A DNA stretch of 64,000 nucleotides. Source: Sminthopsis crassicaudata. Lineage: Eukaryota. The stretch lies in NCBI RefSeq assembly GCF_048593235.1, contig NC_133622.1, positions 242,513,198 through 242,577,197 on the forward strand. Reading direction: 5' to 3'. A model generated the notes under the pieces. The model was given only the letters and a program-made list of their open reading frames with translations. It searched no databases and was not told where the DNA came from. The translations under genes were made by a program, and so were the position numbers. Each line of letters begins with the position of its first letter. Within the stretch, counting starts at the first letter, position 1. Shown here in pieces: positions 50,813-63,480 of this stretch.

Positions 50813-53800
50813 TTGTGGTCTTCTGACATCAAGAGAAACAAAAGAGAAATGAATTAAAAATGATGTAATATAGCTCTTTGCATTTCAGAAACTATTTCCT
50901 TCTCCCTTAAGCAACAGAGAGAACTACTGTGATTACTTCATGGACAAGGAAACTGAAACTCTTGAGATATACAAGACCTGCTCAGTAGGTCAGAGTAAAA
51001 GTATTTGAAATTCTGTATAGGGCTTTTGGCTTCAAATATCATATTAATCTATTAAAGCAAAATAACTTTCTTATTGAAGGAATTTGAGGATTTTTTGTGT
51101 TTCAGATTGTCATTCTCTCATCCAAAAGCTTTTTTTTTTTTTAATCTAAACAAAGATATATGTAAAAATACCTAAAAATGGGTAACTTCTTGGACATATC
51201 TTCCCCAAATCTACAAAATATTGAAAATAAAATATTAATAATTTCTAGTCATTCCCCCTTCTCTTGGCAACATATTTAGATGATCAATCAGACAATCAAG
51301 AAGAATTTATTTTTCTATGATGTGACAACACACAAACACCCACATACACATAAAGGACCAGTAGCATTTAAAGTTAATACATAAAATCACAGAATTATAG
51401 AACTGGAAGGTGTCTTGCAGCTTTTCTAATGGCTCAGAATTGAGCTTTGGGGAGAAGAAGTAACTCCTCAAAATTCATGCAACTAGCTAATCAATTTGTA
51501 ATTAATCAATTAGTCAATCATAAAAGGTGCCCTGACTTATAATACAGAATGCTTTCCACACTTTAGATATACTTATATTTAAAGAAAGGATGATAAGAGT
51601 AGAAAGAGCATTGGATTTAAAGTCATGGTAGCCACACATAAGTCTCAGTGTTCTCATTGACAGTTTTTTTTTAAATTAACTTTATAGTTATAATTTTTTG
51701 ACAGTACATATGCATGAGTAATTTTTTTACATCATTATCCCTTGTATTCACTTTTCCAAATTTCCCCTCCCTCCCTCTACTCCCTCTCCTAGATGACAGG
51801 CAATCCCATATATATTAAATGTGTTACAGTATATCCTAAATACAATATATGTGTGTAACACCAAATTTCTTGACACTCTGTTTCTAAAATGGAATTAATG
51901 AATGTCTGAAAGTATCAGTTTTCTTTTTAAATAATATTCTTTTCACCATTCTCTATGTCTCTCTGTCTCTCCCTTTGTCACTCTCTTTGTCTCCCTTTCC
52001 TCACCATATCTCTTTCTTTGTTTCTTTTATTTAAATAGATTGCATGACTTTCTGTAAATATAGTAAAAACAGTTTAATTATCTCATTTGTATAGCAGCCC
52101 ATCACCTCCTTTTTCAGAAGTAAAGACATCATTTTCTCTCTTTCTTTTTCTATCCTTTATGCATTGTACAATCATTCTATATAGTTATTTTAATGATGAC
52201 TTTGAAGGCCTATTTATTTTTTTTCAATATTTAAGATTTGTTTTCATTTTAAATATTTATAAAATAGGTACTCGACTAACTATACCTCATTCCCAGGTAA
52301 ATCTTTTCCTTAACCAGTCATGCAATGTCCTTCTCATCAATTTAAATCTAGGAGTGAAGGAGAAAGATCTTCTTTCTGTAGACTTTGAATGTCCACAGCT
52401 CCTTACAAAGAAAAAGAAAATTCTGTCTGAATGTGCCCAGTAGAGCATTTTTACTTGTATTTGAGATAGTTGGAATTTTCCTCTGGTATTCTTGTGATGT
52501 TAGGGTAAAGTGATGATTTATCTGGTGCAACTTACTGTGGATATTATGGGAAAATACAATAGAGGACAAGAACAAGAACCCTACAGAATACATAGGAAAG
52601 GATCAGTTAGAATCTGCATTATTACAGGAAAAATAATATTAATAAGATTACAAAAGTAGATATTTGTTTTTTAATTTAAATGGACAAACCAAAAGAGCAG
52701 TAATTTGCTCAATGTACGTTTAGAAGATGGTATTCAGTAAAGATCCCCAGTGAAATAATTTTGTCTTGGGCATTTAAAAAAATTACTTTGGATAAAGGCA
52801 GTCATGATATTCTTATACAATTTTCAAACACTAGCTGTCAAGGACAACTAAATTATTACATTAAAAAGTCAGAAGTCTAAAAAAGACTAGAATATTTATT
52901 TGAATAGAATAAGATTAAGTTATAAGGAATAAATATAAAATCTTACATTTTGGGCTAAACAATAAAATTCACAAAAATCCAAATTTGATTAAAAAATATG
53001 GAATAACTACAAATCCACAAAAGAGTGGAAATGGTAGTATGGTATTTTAATTTTAAAATATCTGAGCATAATTCAAAATAAATATGTCAATTTTGTGATA
53101 AGATAGCCAGTTAAATAAGTGAATAATTTCTTTGTTATGAAGTGCAATATATTAGAAATGAAAGAAAGGGCGCTTCTGTGAATTTCCCAAGCTTTACAAA
53201 ATCAAAAGAGGCTTTATGTTTTTTGCTTGTATTTTGTTTTCTTTCTCATTTTTTTCTTATTTGATCTTATTTTTCTTGTTCAACAAGGTAATTGTAAAAA
53301 TAAGTACACATATATTGGATTTAATATGAAAATTTTACATGTCTAACATATATTGGATTAGTGGACATTTAGGAGACAGGTGGAGGGAAAGAGGGCAAAA
53401 TTTGGAACACAAAGCTTTGCAAGGGTCAATGTTGAAAAATAACTCAGGAATAAGTTTTAAAAATAAAAATCTTTAATAAAAAAAAGGGTATTCAATTTTG
53501 GACACCATTTTTCAAGAATGTTAGTAATTGGTTCAAAGGAGCACAATCAAGAGTGTGTAGAGCCTTAAGTTCATGCCATGTAAAGAATGGTCAGAGGAAC
53601 TTAAAATATTTTTTTGTGTAAAGGGAAGATTTCATTTTAAAAAATTGAGTGTTCTCTTTCACTATTTGGAGGACTTTCATGTAGACAATAAAGTAGAATG
53701 ATTTTGATTAGCCACAGAAGACACAACAAGAGGAATCTTATTTAGGTTTGATGTTAAGATATTTTAAAATTAGAGGTATTCAAAAGCAAAATGAACTGCT

Positions 53801-55744
53801 TCACTAAGGAAAAGGTTCTACCATTTCTTTCATTATGTCAAATTGAGTTCAACAGGCAAATTTGTGCTATAGTTCAAATACCAGTAGGCTTGCTTAGAGT
53901 CAGTTATTTTAAGTTCTAGTGGTAGTACTTCCTTTAACTTGTGATAAAATTTTGGACCATTACTTGAAAACTTATAAATTCTACATTTTTGCTATAAAAA
54001 AGAAAGGATTTGTTCATTTTTCACAAATAATATTTATTCAAGCTGTAAAATGCTGTAGGATTCTACTCAAATGCTTACCATCACTGATTTTACAAGAGAA
54101 ATCTTGGGAACATGAGAAAGAGGTGTATTTTCCTACATCTACCTCCTTCTCTTTATCTTACTCTGTGCATTTTGAGTGGCTGCCTCCAATCCCAAATCTC
54201 TTCAATCTCTTCCTGCCTGTCATCTTGCCAAATTATCCTTCAAGTTTCAAAATTGTAGCTTTTGCCTGAAGATATTCATCTTCCCTTATCTAAGCAAGTT
54301 TTCTCTGAGACACTCCTTTATTTCTCCTACTTACTTTCACTCATATACAATATGACATTAAACTGTGAATTTCTTGAAAACAGGTATAATTTAATTGGTT
54401 GGCTTGTTTGGTTTGTGCCCACCTTGATATTTACAGCTCTTCACATAAAAACTGAAAAATGATGAGAACTTTTTTGGTATAGTAAGCTTACTTTTGAGTC
54501 TAATCTTATATTTTAATATAATCTGGTCAAAGATAATGGAGTGATTTACCATTTACTTCTCCAGCTCACTTTATAAATGAAGAATCAGAGGTAAATAGGG
54601 TTAAGTGATTTGTCCAGAGCCACATGACATATTTGTAGGTCCTGACCCCCAGAACTTCATCCATTGTACTAGCAATTTGCCCTACCCTGCCCACTTTCAT
54701 ACCCTTAACAGCACTGAGGCTCAGAGAGTTAAGAGATTGGCTCAAGATCTAACAGATTATAAGTATCTGAGGCCACTAGACAGTAGAATTCCTTTTGAAT
54801 CACTCAAGGCAAATTTCCCTTTTATTTGGCGTTTGCATGTTTTCCTCTGAAGTTCCAACAGTATTCAATTCCATTGGCATGCCCTTCCAACTTCTGCAGA
54901 GATATCACTCACTTACCCTATTACCACATAACTGCTGCTTCAAATGAATGAAGACAGGCCAGAGAGCTGAAAAGTTAAAGTATATAATGCTCCAAAGGAC
55001 CCAACGTACCTGAGCACTCTTCTTAGAGACCTCTAAGTTCTGGGTAAATCTGTGTGGATGACTTATAACTCTCTGGCAATTTGAGGACTTTTTCCCTGAA
55101 GTATTTCTCTAATACCTTCCAAGGAAACAAGAATCACTTGGGTAAATGTCTCCAAAGAATAACCATAATTGGTGAAACCATATTCACAAACATGAGTTTG
55201 GTTTGGGTGATATAATTCCATTTACTGTTTAATTTTAATTTAATTGGAATTGTGTAAATATTTTTGTGGTGTTTAAATAGGATGCAATATGTCAAAATAT
55301 TTCTTCAGATTGCATCATGGACAATCTTTTATCTCAAATATATAGTTGACATGGAACAAGTCAAAAGATATACAGAACTATTAGATTTTTAAAACAGAAT
55401 ACATTTTATACTTCATAGAGCCTATCTCATAATAAGAATGAGGCATCTGAACAAGAAGTTACTCAAGAAAGATGGCATTATGGGTTAATGTTAGAGCTTT
55501 GACTAGAACACGCTAATTCTTATTCCTAGACATGTGTATTTCCCCTGTTTTATAATTTATGACATTAAAAACGTTCATTTTGTGCATGATCTTATTTCCT
55601 TTATCTTTTATTGTACCTTCTCACTATACATGTGTATGTAATTCATATATTAGATATCCTCTGTGTGTGTCAATTTCCATTACACTTGCAAAACTATTTG
55701 ATTTCATAGATGAGGGTTCCCCCAAATTTAAAGGATTTTCAATC

Positions 55745-56117
55745 NNNNNNNNNNNNNNNNNNNNNNNNNNNNNNNNNNNNNNNNNNNNNNNNNNNNNNNN
55801 NNNNNNNNNNNNNNNNNNNNNNNNNNNNNNNNNNNNNNNNNNNNNNNNNNNNNNNNNNNNNNNNNNNNNNNNNNNNNNNNNNNNNNNNNNNNNNNNNNNN
55901 NNNNNNNNNNNNNNNNNNNNNNNNNNNNNNNNNNNNNNNNNNNNNNNNNNNNNNNNNNNNNNNNNNNNNNNNNNNNNNNNNNNNNNNNNNNNNNNNNNNN
56001 NNNNNNNNNNNNNNNNNNNNNNNNNNNNNNNNNNNNNNNNNNNNNNNNNNNNNNNNNNNNNNNNNNNNNNNNNNNNNNNNNNNNNNNNNNNNNNNNNNNN
56101 NNNNNNNNNNNNNNNNN
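55745..56117. other. Assembly gap (N run)
   Basis: Run of N. Confidence 1.
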
Positions 56118-56238
56118 GTTAAGGGACTTGCCCAGGGTCACACAGCTAGGAAGTGTTAAGTGTCTGAGATCACATTTGAACTCGGGTCCTCCTGAATTCA
56201 GGTCTGGTGCTCTATCCACTGCACCACCTAGCTGCCCC
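56118..56238 (-). mobile_element. WSINE1-type SINE, antisense, abutting the gap
   Basis: Same sequence family as 36856-36984. Confidence 0.85.
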
Positions 56239-58668
56239 CCTTTTTCTTAAGTTTCAATTGTTGTTGTTCAGTCATTTTATCATGTTTACAATTCGTGGTC
56301 CCATGTGCCATAGTATGCAAGGCCCTTCCATCTTCCCCTATTTCCCAAGTGATGTACTTGTTGATGTTCCTTGCTTCTGTGTTACTATCTCTTCATGTCA
56401 TCCTCTACTGTCCCCCTTTTCATTTGATTTCCCCCCAACATCAAGTTCTTTTCCAGTCAGCCCTGTTTTCTCATATCCAAAATATGCAAGCTTCAGCTTT
56501 AGTACTTGAACTTCCAGGGAATAATCTGAATTAAGTTTTAAAAATATTGACTTATTTAATTTACTGCATTGATTCTTCAGGATTTATCCTTACTCAAAGG
56601 CCAATTTTCTTAGCTACACATTGCTACTGGAAAAAAACAAAAACAAACAACAAAAAAGAAAACATTGGTTTGATTCAAATCTGGGGGAGAGAGAGAACCA
56701 GTGTAATAATTTGTCAGGTATATTATGCAGCTAGGTGATCAAATGGACAGAATATTGGCCTAGTGTAAGGAGGAACCTATTTCATGAATTCAAGTATGGC
56801 AATGAATACTTACTAAGTGTGTAAATTGGGTAAGTCACTTACTTAACTCTGTTTCCCTCAGTTTCCTTATCTGTTAAATCATCTGGAACAGAAAATGGCA
56901 CACCATTCCAATATCTTTAAAAAAATGCAAAACAGGATTATGAAGTCATAAGTGATTGAAAAACAACTGAACAATGGATTCCATGAAATATAAGAAAAAT
57001 TTCTGTTAATAAAGAATCCTACTTCCTATTGAAATTTTCCAAATCTTTCTTTCTTGCCCCAACAACCATGTGAGTATTGCAGAATGTAAATATCCAGAAC
57101 AGAATTCTCCCAGCCCATAGATTCAAAATATGTTTTGTGTTTATAACATTTTCCTGGAGATGTTAACATTGATTTCCTTGAGCTTAACTTCTAAGCTTCC
57201 ATTATATGCTACTTCCTAAATGGCACAAAAATAGCCTATAGAGAAGGAAAACTGCACAATGGCCAGACCTACATTTGAGCAAAGGCAAGCTTTAGTCTGA
57301 TACACGAGCAATGCTCATTGAGTCTCGTTGGATAATGTTATTCGTTCCTGGCAACTTGACACCATCCTTTTAAAAATATTTTCTAGTCTAGTTCAAAGAA
57401 TTAAAAAGTAATTTGGGCAAATATCTTCAGAGAGAAACAATAATTGATGAAAGCCTTTCTATCAAAAACATTGAATTAGATTTGTGATATTAAAATTTTT
57501 GTTTTCTGTTTTAATTACTTATATTTAATTTACTTATAATTTAATTTATTTTTAAAATGTATATTTACTTTTATATTATTTTAATATTAAACATTAATTA
57601 TGTTATTTTATATTTATAAATTTAATTATAAATTATATAAATTAATTATATAATTATATTTATAAATTTACTTATAAAAATTGAAGTAGTTCTATTTGAA
57701 ATATTTTATCATGTTTCAGTTGGAGTCATTATGTTCTGAACTACTCCTTCAAGTTGTATCATAGATCACCCTTTATACCAAAAATATAAAAATTAAAAAC
57801 AAGTCCTCAAATACATAAAACAATGAAATTTCAAATGTGGAAAGAACTTCAAGCTACAATTCAATTAAAGTCAACATTTATTTAATCATTATTTTGGGTG
57901 CTAGAAATACAGAAATGAAATAGTCCATCTCTTCAAGGAGCTATTCTATTATGGGAGAAAACAATATGATAATGCACGCAAATATATGCATATGTGTATT
58001 GATTTATTAATGAATACATATATATATTTGTCTTGTATTTATATAGGCCTATTTGCAGGGCCATATATGAATTGTTTATATGCATATAAACACATTGATA
58101 TAAGCATGCATATGTATGTGTATGTATGCATTCATATTTCCCCTGTATCCTGCATTCCAGATTTCCTCTATAATGCCTCTGCCCTTTAGTCTGAAACTTC
58201 ATCCTTCTCTAGAATACAAATATTGAAATATCTTCCACTGCTATGGCATATCCCTCATTGGAAAATACAGAAGCCAGTCATGTCTCAATCTTCTTTTCAA
58301 CTTCCCTTTAATTGCTTCTACATTTAAATGTAAGTTTTTTGAAGTATGGACTACATTGCTTTCTACTTATATAGATATTCTCAGAACTTTCCATTTTTAT
58401 TTGAATTATCATATAGAGCTTATTAAATCCTGGTGAACTGTTTTGACATATTGACAAACTTTGCAAAATAGATATGGAGTAAACAATATATGATTCTGGA
58501 GGAAAGAAAATTGCATTTAGAGAATTAGAAAGGTCTTCTGGAGGATTCAGTACCTGTTCTGAGATTTGATGAGAGATATGGTATTCTAAAAGGTAGAGGT
58601 GAATAGCATGCATGATAAAAGGATGTATAAAATAATTTTACACACATACATATACGTATATATATATT

Positions 58669-58849
58669 TTTTATCATGTTTCAGTTGGAGTCATTATGTT
58701 CTAAACTACTCCTTCAAGTTGTATCATAGATCACCCTTTATACCAAAAATATAAAAATTAAAAACAAGTCCTCAAATACATAAAACAATGAAATTTCAAA
58801 TGTGGAAAGAACTTCAAGCTACAATTCAATTAAAGTCATTATTTTGGGT
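58669..58849 (+). repeat. Dispersed direct copy of 57704-57899 inside a (TA)n tract
   Basis: One substitution (ttctgaac/ttctaaac) and a 15-bp deletion between two TCA triplets; TA repeats on both sides. Confidence 0.92.
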
Positions 58850-59632
58850 TTTATATATATATATATGTATATATTTACATATTAATTTGTGCCTAATGGT
58901 GCCCTAATATCTAGGGCAGGAAGAAGGGAAAAATAAATAAATCTACATGATAACTTCATTGTATATTTAAAAGGAACAACACATTAAATTTGCTAGTTTA
59001 TGTGTAATCATCTCTTTCTAAATTTAACTATGCTATGGAAATACTTCTTTTTTCATGAATTGAAAATAAAGTACATTAAAAAATTATTTTAAAAGGAATG
59101 AGGACATGCAACAAAGGAAGAAAGAAAGAACCAGGATGTATTTGCTTAGACCATTGAGTTTGCAAAAGGGAATTACATAGTTAACATATTATATAATAAT
59201 AATATAATATAATAAAAAATTAATAAGTAAAATAGTAAAATTAAAAAATAAAATAGCCAAGTTGGAAAAGTGGTTAAAGACTTTAATTTCCAAATACAGA
59301 ATTTTGTGTTTTATTATTGAATGAATGAGATACAGCAGGATTTCATAGAGAAGGATTTCATTATTTTGGGAATATTCCTAATACACTAAAAATATGAAAA
59401 GGTTCTATTTGCAGATGGATTTTTCTCTTCTAGGAATTGAACCAGAATCATTTAGGGCAGATTCCTTATTAATTATAAAAAATCTGGTATGAAATAACAT
59501 TTATCAAAGGAGCAATTTTTGTATAATTTCAGTTCCCATCCATTATGAAAGAAATTGAGACTTTGGCACAGTAAAAACATTACTTATCCAATGTCTCCAA
59601 GTATAGGGCTATTTGATTCAAATAAGCAGGGT

Positions 59633-60592
59633 TTATGATATATTTGAAACTGACTTCTTCAGTAGGTTCCTCCTGAGTACATTTCTCAAAGCTGCTTTCA
59701 CATCTCTATTTCTTAAACTGTAGATGAGTGGGTTCAGCACAGGGCTCACAAAAGTGTAGAACACAGCTATGATTTTGGATTCCTCAACACTTTTTTCAGT
59801 GGGTGGCCTCACATACATGCAAAAGAGAGTTCCATAAAACAAAATAACAGCCATTATGTGAGAGCCACAGGTAGAAAAAGCCTTCCACCTTCCCTCAGTA
59901 GAGTGCATACGGAAAATGGATGCCAGGATTAAAGCATAGGAGATGAGGATGATGGCAAGTGAGTTAGAGAGGTTGAATGTAGCTGATATGGACATGGCAT
60001 ATTCTTTGATGTAGGTATCAGAACAAGACAACTTGATGAGAGGGGGATCAGCACAGTAGAAGTGATTGATGATGTTGGATTTACAAAAGGACATGCGAAA
60101 TGTCAGGATGGATTGGAGAAGACCATCAGAGAAACCATAGATATAGGGGAAGGTGACGAGACAGATGCAGACTCTCTTGGACATTTTCACAGTGTAGTGT
60201 AGTGGGCTGCAGATGGCTACATAGCGATCATAAGCCATGGCAGCCAGCATGTAAAACTCAGTGAGCAGTAAAGCAATGAATATGTAACATTGCACAAAGC
60301 AACCAGCAAAGGAAATGCTCTTCCTTTCAGATAAGAAGTTTGCCAACATCTTGGGGGTTGCATTGCAAGAATAGCACAAGTCTACAAAAGCCAAATTAAT
60401 AAGAAAAAAGTACATGGGAGTGTGAAGGCGAGGCTCAAGTTTGATCAATACAATCATTCCAAGATTTCCTAACAGGGTAAAAATGTAGATTATAAGGAAA
60501 ACCACAAACAGTATATATTGTAGTTCAGGACGATCTGTGAGTCCAAGGAGAATAAATTCAGTAACTCTAGAGCTGCCATTTTGACTTGGCAT
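59633..60592 (-). CDS. OR5M11: Olfactory receptor OR5M11-like, copy b (319 aa from MPSQNGS)
   Basis: Intact ORF and close paralog of 49844-50812. The 5' flank (ttctgacatcaa.agaaaca..agag.aaatgaattaaaaa) is also shared. Upstream in-frame codons to 60655 look like the intron acceptor tract. Confidence 0.82.
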   Translation of the reverse strand: MPSQNGSSRVTEFILLGLTDRPELQYILFVVFLIIYIFTLLGNLGMIVLIKLEPRLHTPMYFFLINLAFVDLCYSCNATPKMLANFLSERKSISFAGCFVQCYIFIALLLTEFYMLAAMAYDRYVAICSPLHYTVKMSKRVCICLVTFPYIYGFSDGLLQSILTFRMSFCKSNIINHFYCADPPLIKLSCSDTYIKEYAMSISATFNLSNSLAIILISYALILASIFRMHSTEGRWKAFSTCGSHIMAVILFYGTLFCMYVRPPTEKSVEESKIIAVFYTFVSPVLNPLIYSLRNRDVKAALRNVLRRNLLKKSVSNIS

Positions 60593-62984
60593 TTGCCCAA
60601 GTTTCTGTGGTCTTCTGACATCAATAGAAACAAGAGAAAAATGAATTAAAAACATGTAATATGGTTCTTTCCATTTTAAATTACATTTCTTTGATCAAAG
60701 TTCAAAGAAAGAGTGTTAGTGTGACAATTTTAACAAGAAGAAAACTGAGACCCATGAGAAATAAATGATCTGCTCAATATGACATAATAAAAACACATGG
60801 AATTCCATGTAGGGTTTTTGTCTCCAAATATCTTATTTATCCATTATTTCACTTTCTGTTTTTAATTGAAAACTGAAGATTATTCTTTTCTTTCAGTTTG
60901 TCAATATGAATTCCTATAGATTTTCTTTTCTAAGCACACTCACGTACACACACACAAACACTCCTACACATTATCATACATTAAAATACACACAAAATAA
61001 TGAATCATAAAATTTGCTCTTAAACAGCAAACTCTTAAATGGTTTTGAGAATTCTGATTTGCAAATTTAAGCGTTATCAGGGATTATAAACCCACTATTA
61101 CAAATCAATAATATGGCATAACAGTCAAGAAATTATATAGAAAAACATCCAAAGTGTCCTACACTAAGGAGAGTAAATCTAGTCATGACTCCTCTTGAAT
61201 ATTATGTTAATTTCTACATATTTTAGGAAGAATAGGATAACCAGAATCCTAAAAAACATTATATTATGTAGATCCATTCAAAGATTATTAGACTAGGGAA
61301 GAAAAACATTGAGAGCATGATAGTTATCTTCAATTACTTAAAAGATTGCTATGTGGAAGAGTATTGCTACTAAGCCTAATTATTTAATTTTGTTTCTATC
61401 TGCCCCAGAACAATGAAAAGGAATAATAGATATAAGGGAAAAAAGGAAAACTTACAATTTTCAGAATATTGAAAGACTTCCACGAGAGGTGATAGGTTTT
61501 TCTTCAGTAAGAGTCTTAAATCCAAAACTCAATAATTATTTGTTCGTAAAGGAGAACATTTTTTTTTAACTAAAGGTGAGACTATACATCTTCCTAAATC
61601 TTTTTCAGGTCTGACATTCTATGACTGCATTTGTAGTACAAATTAATTCCCTGACCTGGTTTTATGTTTGCTGATTTACCACACCTTGATAGAATTTTAA
61701 ATTTATTTCAGAAAGGGACCTTAGGAATTATTGAAAAGAGAAAAAGGAGTTTCATCAAGTCAACATGATTTGTCAGAGATCATATAGGAAGGTAATAAAA
61801 TATCCAGGTCTAAAGACACAATAGAAAATATTGGTTGTTTTATTGTTGTTCTCATTGTTGTTGTTGGTTGTTTTTTGTTTGTTTTTTACTTATTCATTGT
61901 GTGACTTTGGAAGGATGATCATCAGTTAAATCATAAAATGAGTTAATATATGGGAATAATGATTTTACTCCTTTCCTTACCTTATATATGTAATTAGGGC
62001 CAAATGAAAGGTAAGGCACTAGGTGACTGGCAAACTTCACAATTGAAACTTTCCCTAAAGATTCATATTTGCAACTATGAATATTATGGTTTTAGGAGCT
62101 ATTTGGATCCCTGAGGGATTAAACAATTTGCTCATCATCTCATAATTCATATATGATAGATGTTTACTTGAATTCTGATGTTTTCATCTCTGAGACTTCA
62201 TGTATCTATCTTTTGTGGAACACTTCCTTTCTGAATTGTTTTACAACATAATATTTTCTTTGACTTCCACATGCATAAGTTTTATCCTCTTATCTATAAG
62301 ACATTTGATTAATTGGTTGGGAAGACATGGGCTTAGCAGCTCTCTAAAAAGGCAATAGTAGAGCAATGACACTATTATACAATTACAACCAAGACATTAC
62401 AGTTCTCTTAGATCACATATGGGATTCATTAAAAGTCTACTATTAATAGTTATTAAGTCACAGCTTATCTTAGACTTCAGAGGAGAATATAGAGTGATGG
62501 GGCAGATGGAGACAAAATTAACCAGATTTGTGTCTCTATTCTTCATGATAATCATTCCTTTGCTGCTACACTAAATCTTTGTAATTTAATAGAAATAGTG
62601 AAATTAGTGCCAGATTAGAAGCTAAAGGCTCCCTATTCCTTCCTAAGAGTTAATCTTGTAGAATCTGGAACCCTAAGTTTCTCTAAAAGGAATGGAGAAT
62701 GTCTCTCCTCCAAAGGAGGAGATTTTACTGTCTTCTTTTTATTTCTTTGAGTATCTTATAGGAAATACTTTGGACTGGGCTTGATGGAAATCTAGATTAT
62801 ATGTTAAATATAAATATTAGAATAAAGTCATCATCATGTTATTCTAATATTATAGAACTACTTTAGATATCATTTCATCCAATTCTTCTGTTTTATAAAA
62901 GGAAGAATTAAAGCCCAGAAAGCAATATTTAATAGGAAATATTTTTAAAGCTAAAAAAGGAACGGCAGATCATTTGTCTAACCT

Positions 62985-63480
62985 CTTCATTCTACAGATG
63001 AGATAATTGGGAGTTGAAATGATTTAGCCAAAGTTAAACTGGCAGTTAGCATCAGAGGCAGCATTTGAATCCAATTCTTCTCACTCTAAAGACAGAGTCC
63101 TGATAACATAGTGGTACAGCTAGTTTTTGGATTGATATCTTCTAGATTCAATAATGTTCTTTCCATTACAGTAAACTCAAACATATCTAAAAGGATATTA
63201 CATAAAACACAAAGAAAACCATGGTTATGGAGTTTATACTTTGGTTGTGAGCATAATACTGGAATAAAGTTGCATGAGAGGTCAGGATGCAGAAGATGGA
63301 GGAAACTCAACTTCTCCTCACCAGCCCTCCTGCAATATAGGCTTATTGTTTCTACTTTGAGACTCAAAGCTAGTCCAAATCCTAGAGAACTGCTGACAAG
63401 GTAAAGATCTGAGGCAGTGCAGGAATAACAAGAGTGTTCAATTCTGGCTGCTAGTAAGACTCTTCCCCCCAAACCTCAAC
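62985..63480 (-). promoter_or_regulatory. Candidate promoter/first exon block upstream of OR5M11b; paralog of 40300-40790
   Basis: Possible donor CTG|GTGAGG at 63321. The 22-bp invariant core agttgcatgagaggtcaggatg (63268-63289) equals 40578-40599. Confidence 0.45.

Noticed and set aside
17024-56219. ORFs containing X runs
   Set aside because: Artefacts of translating N gaps.
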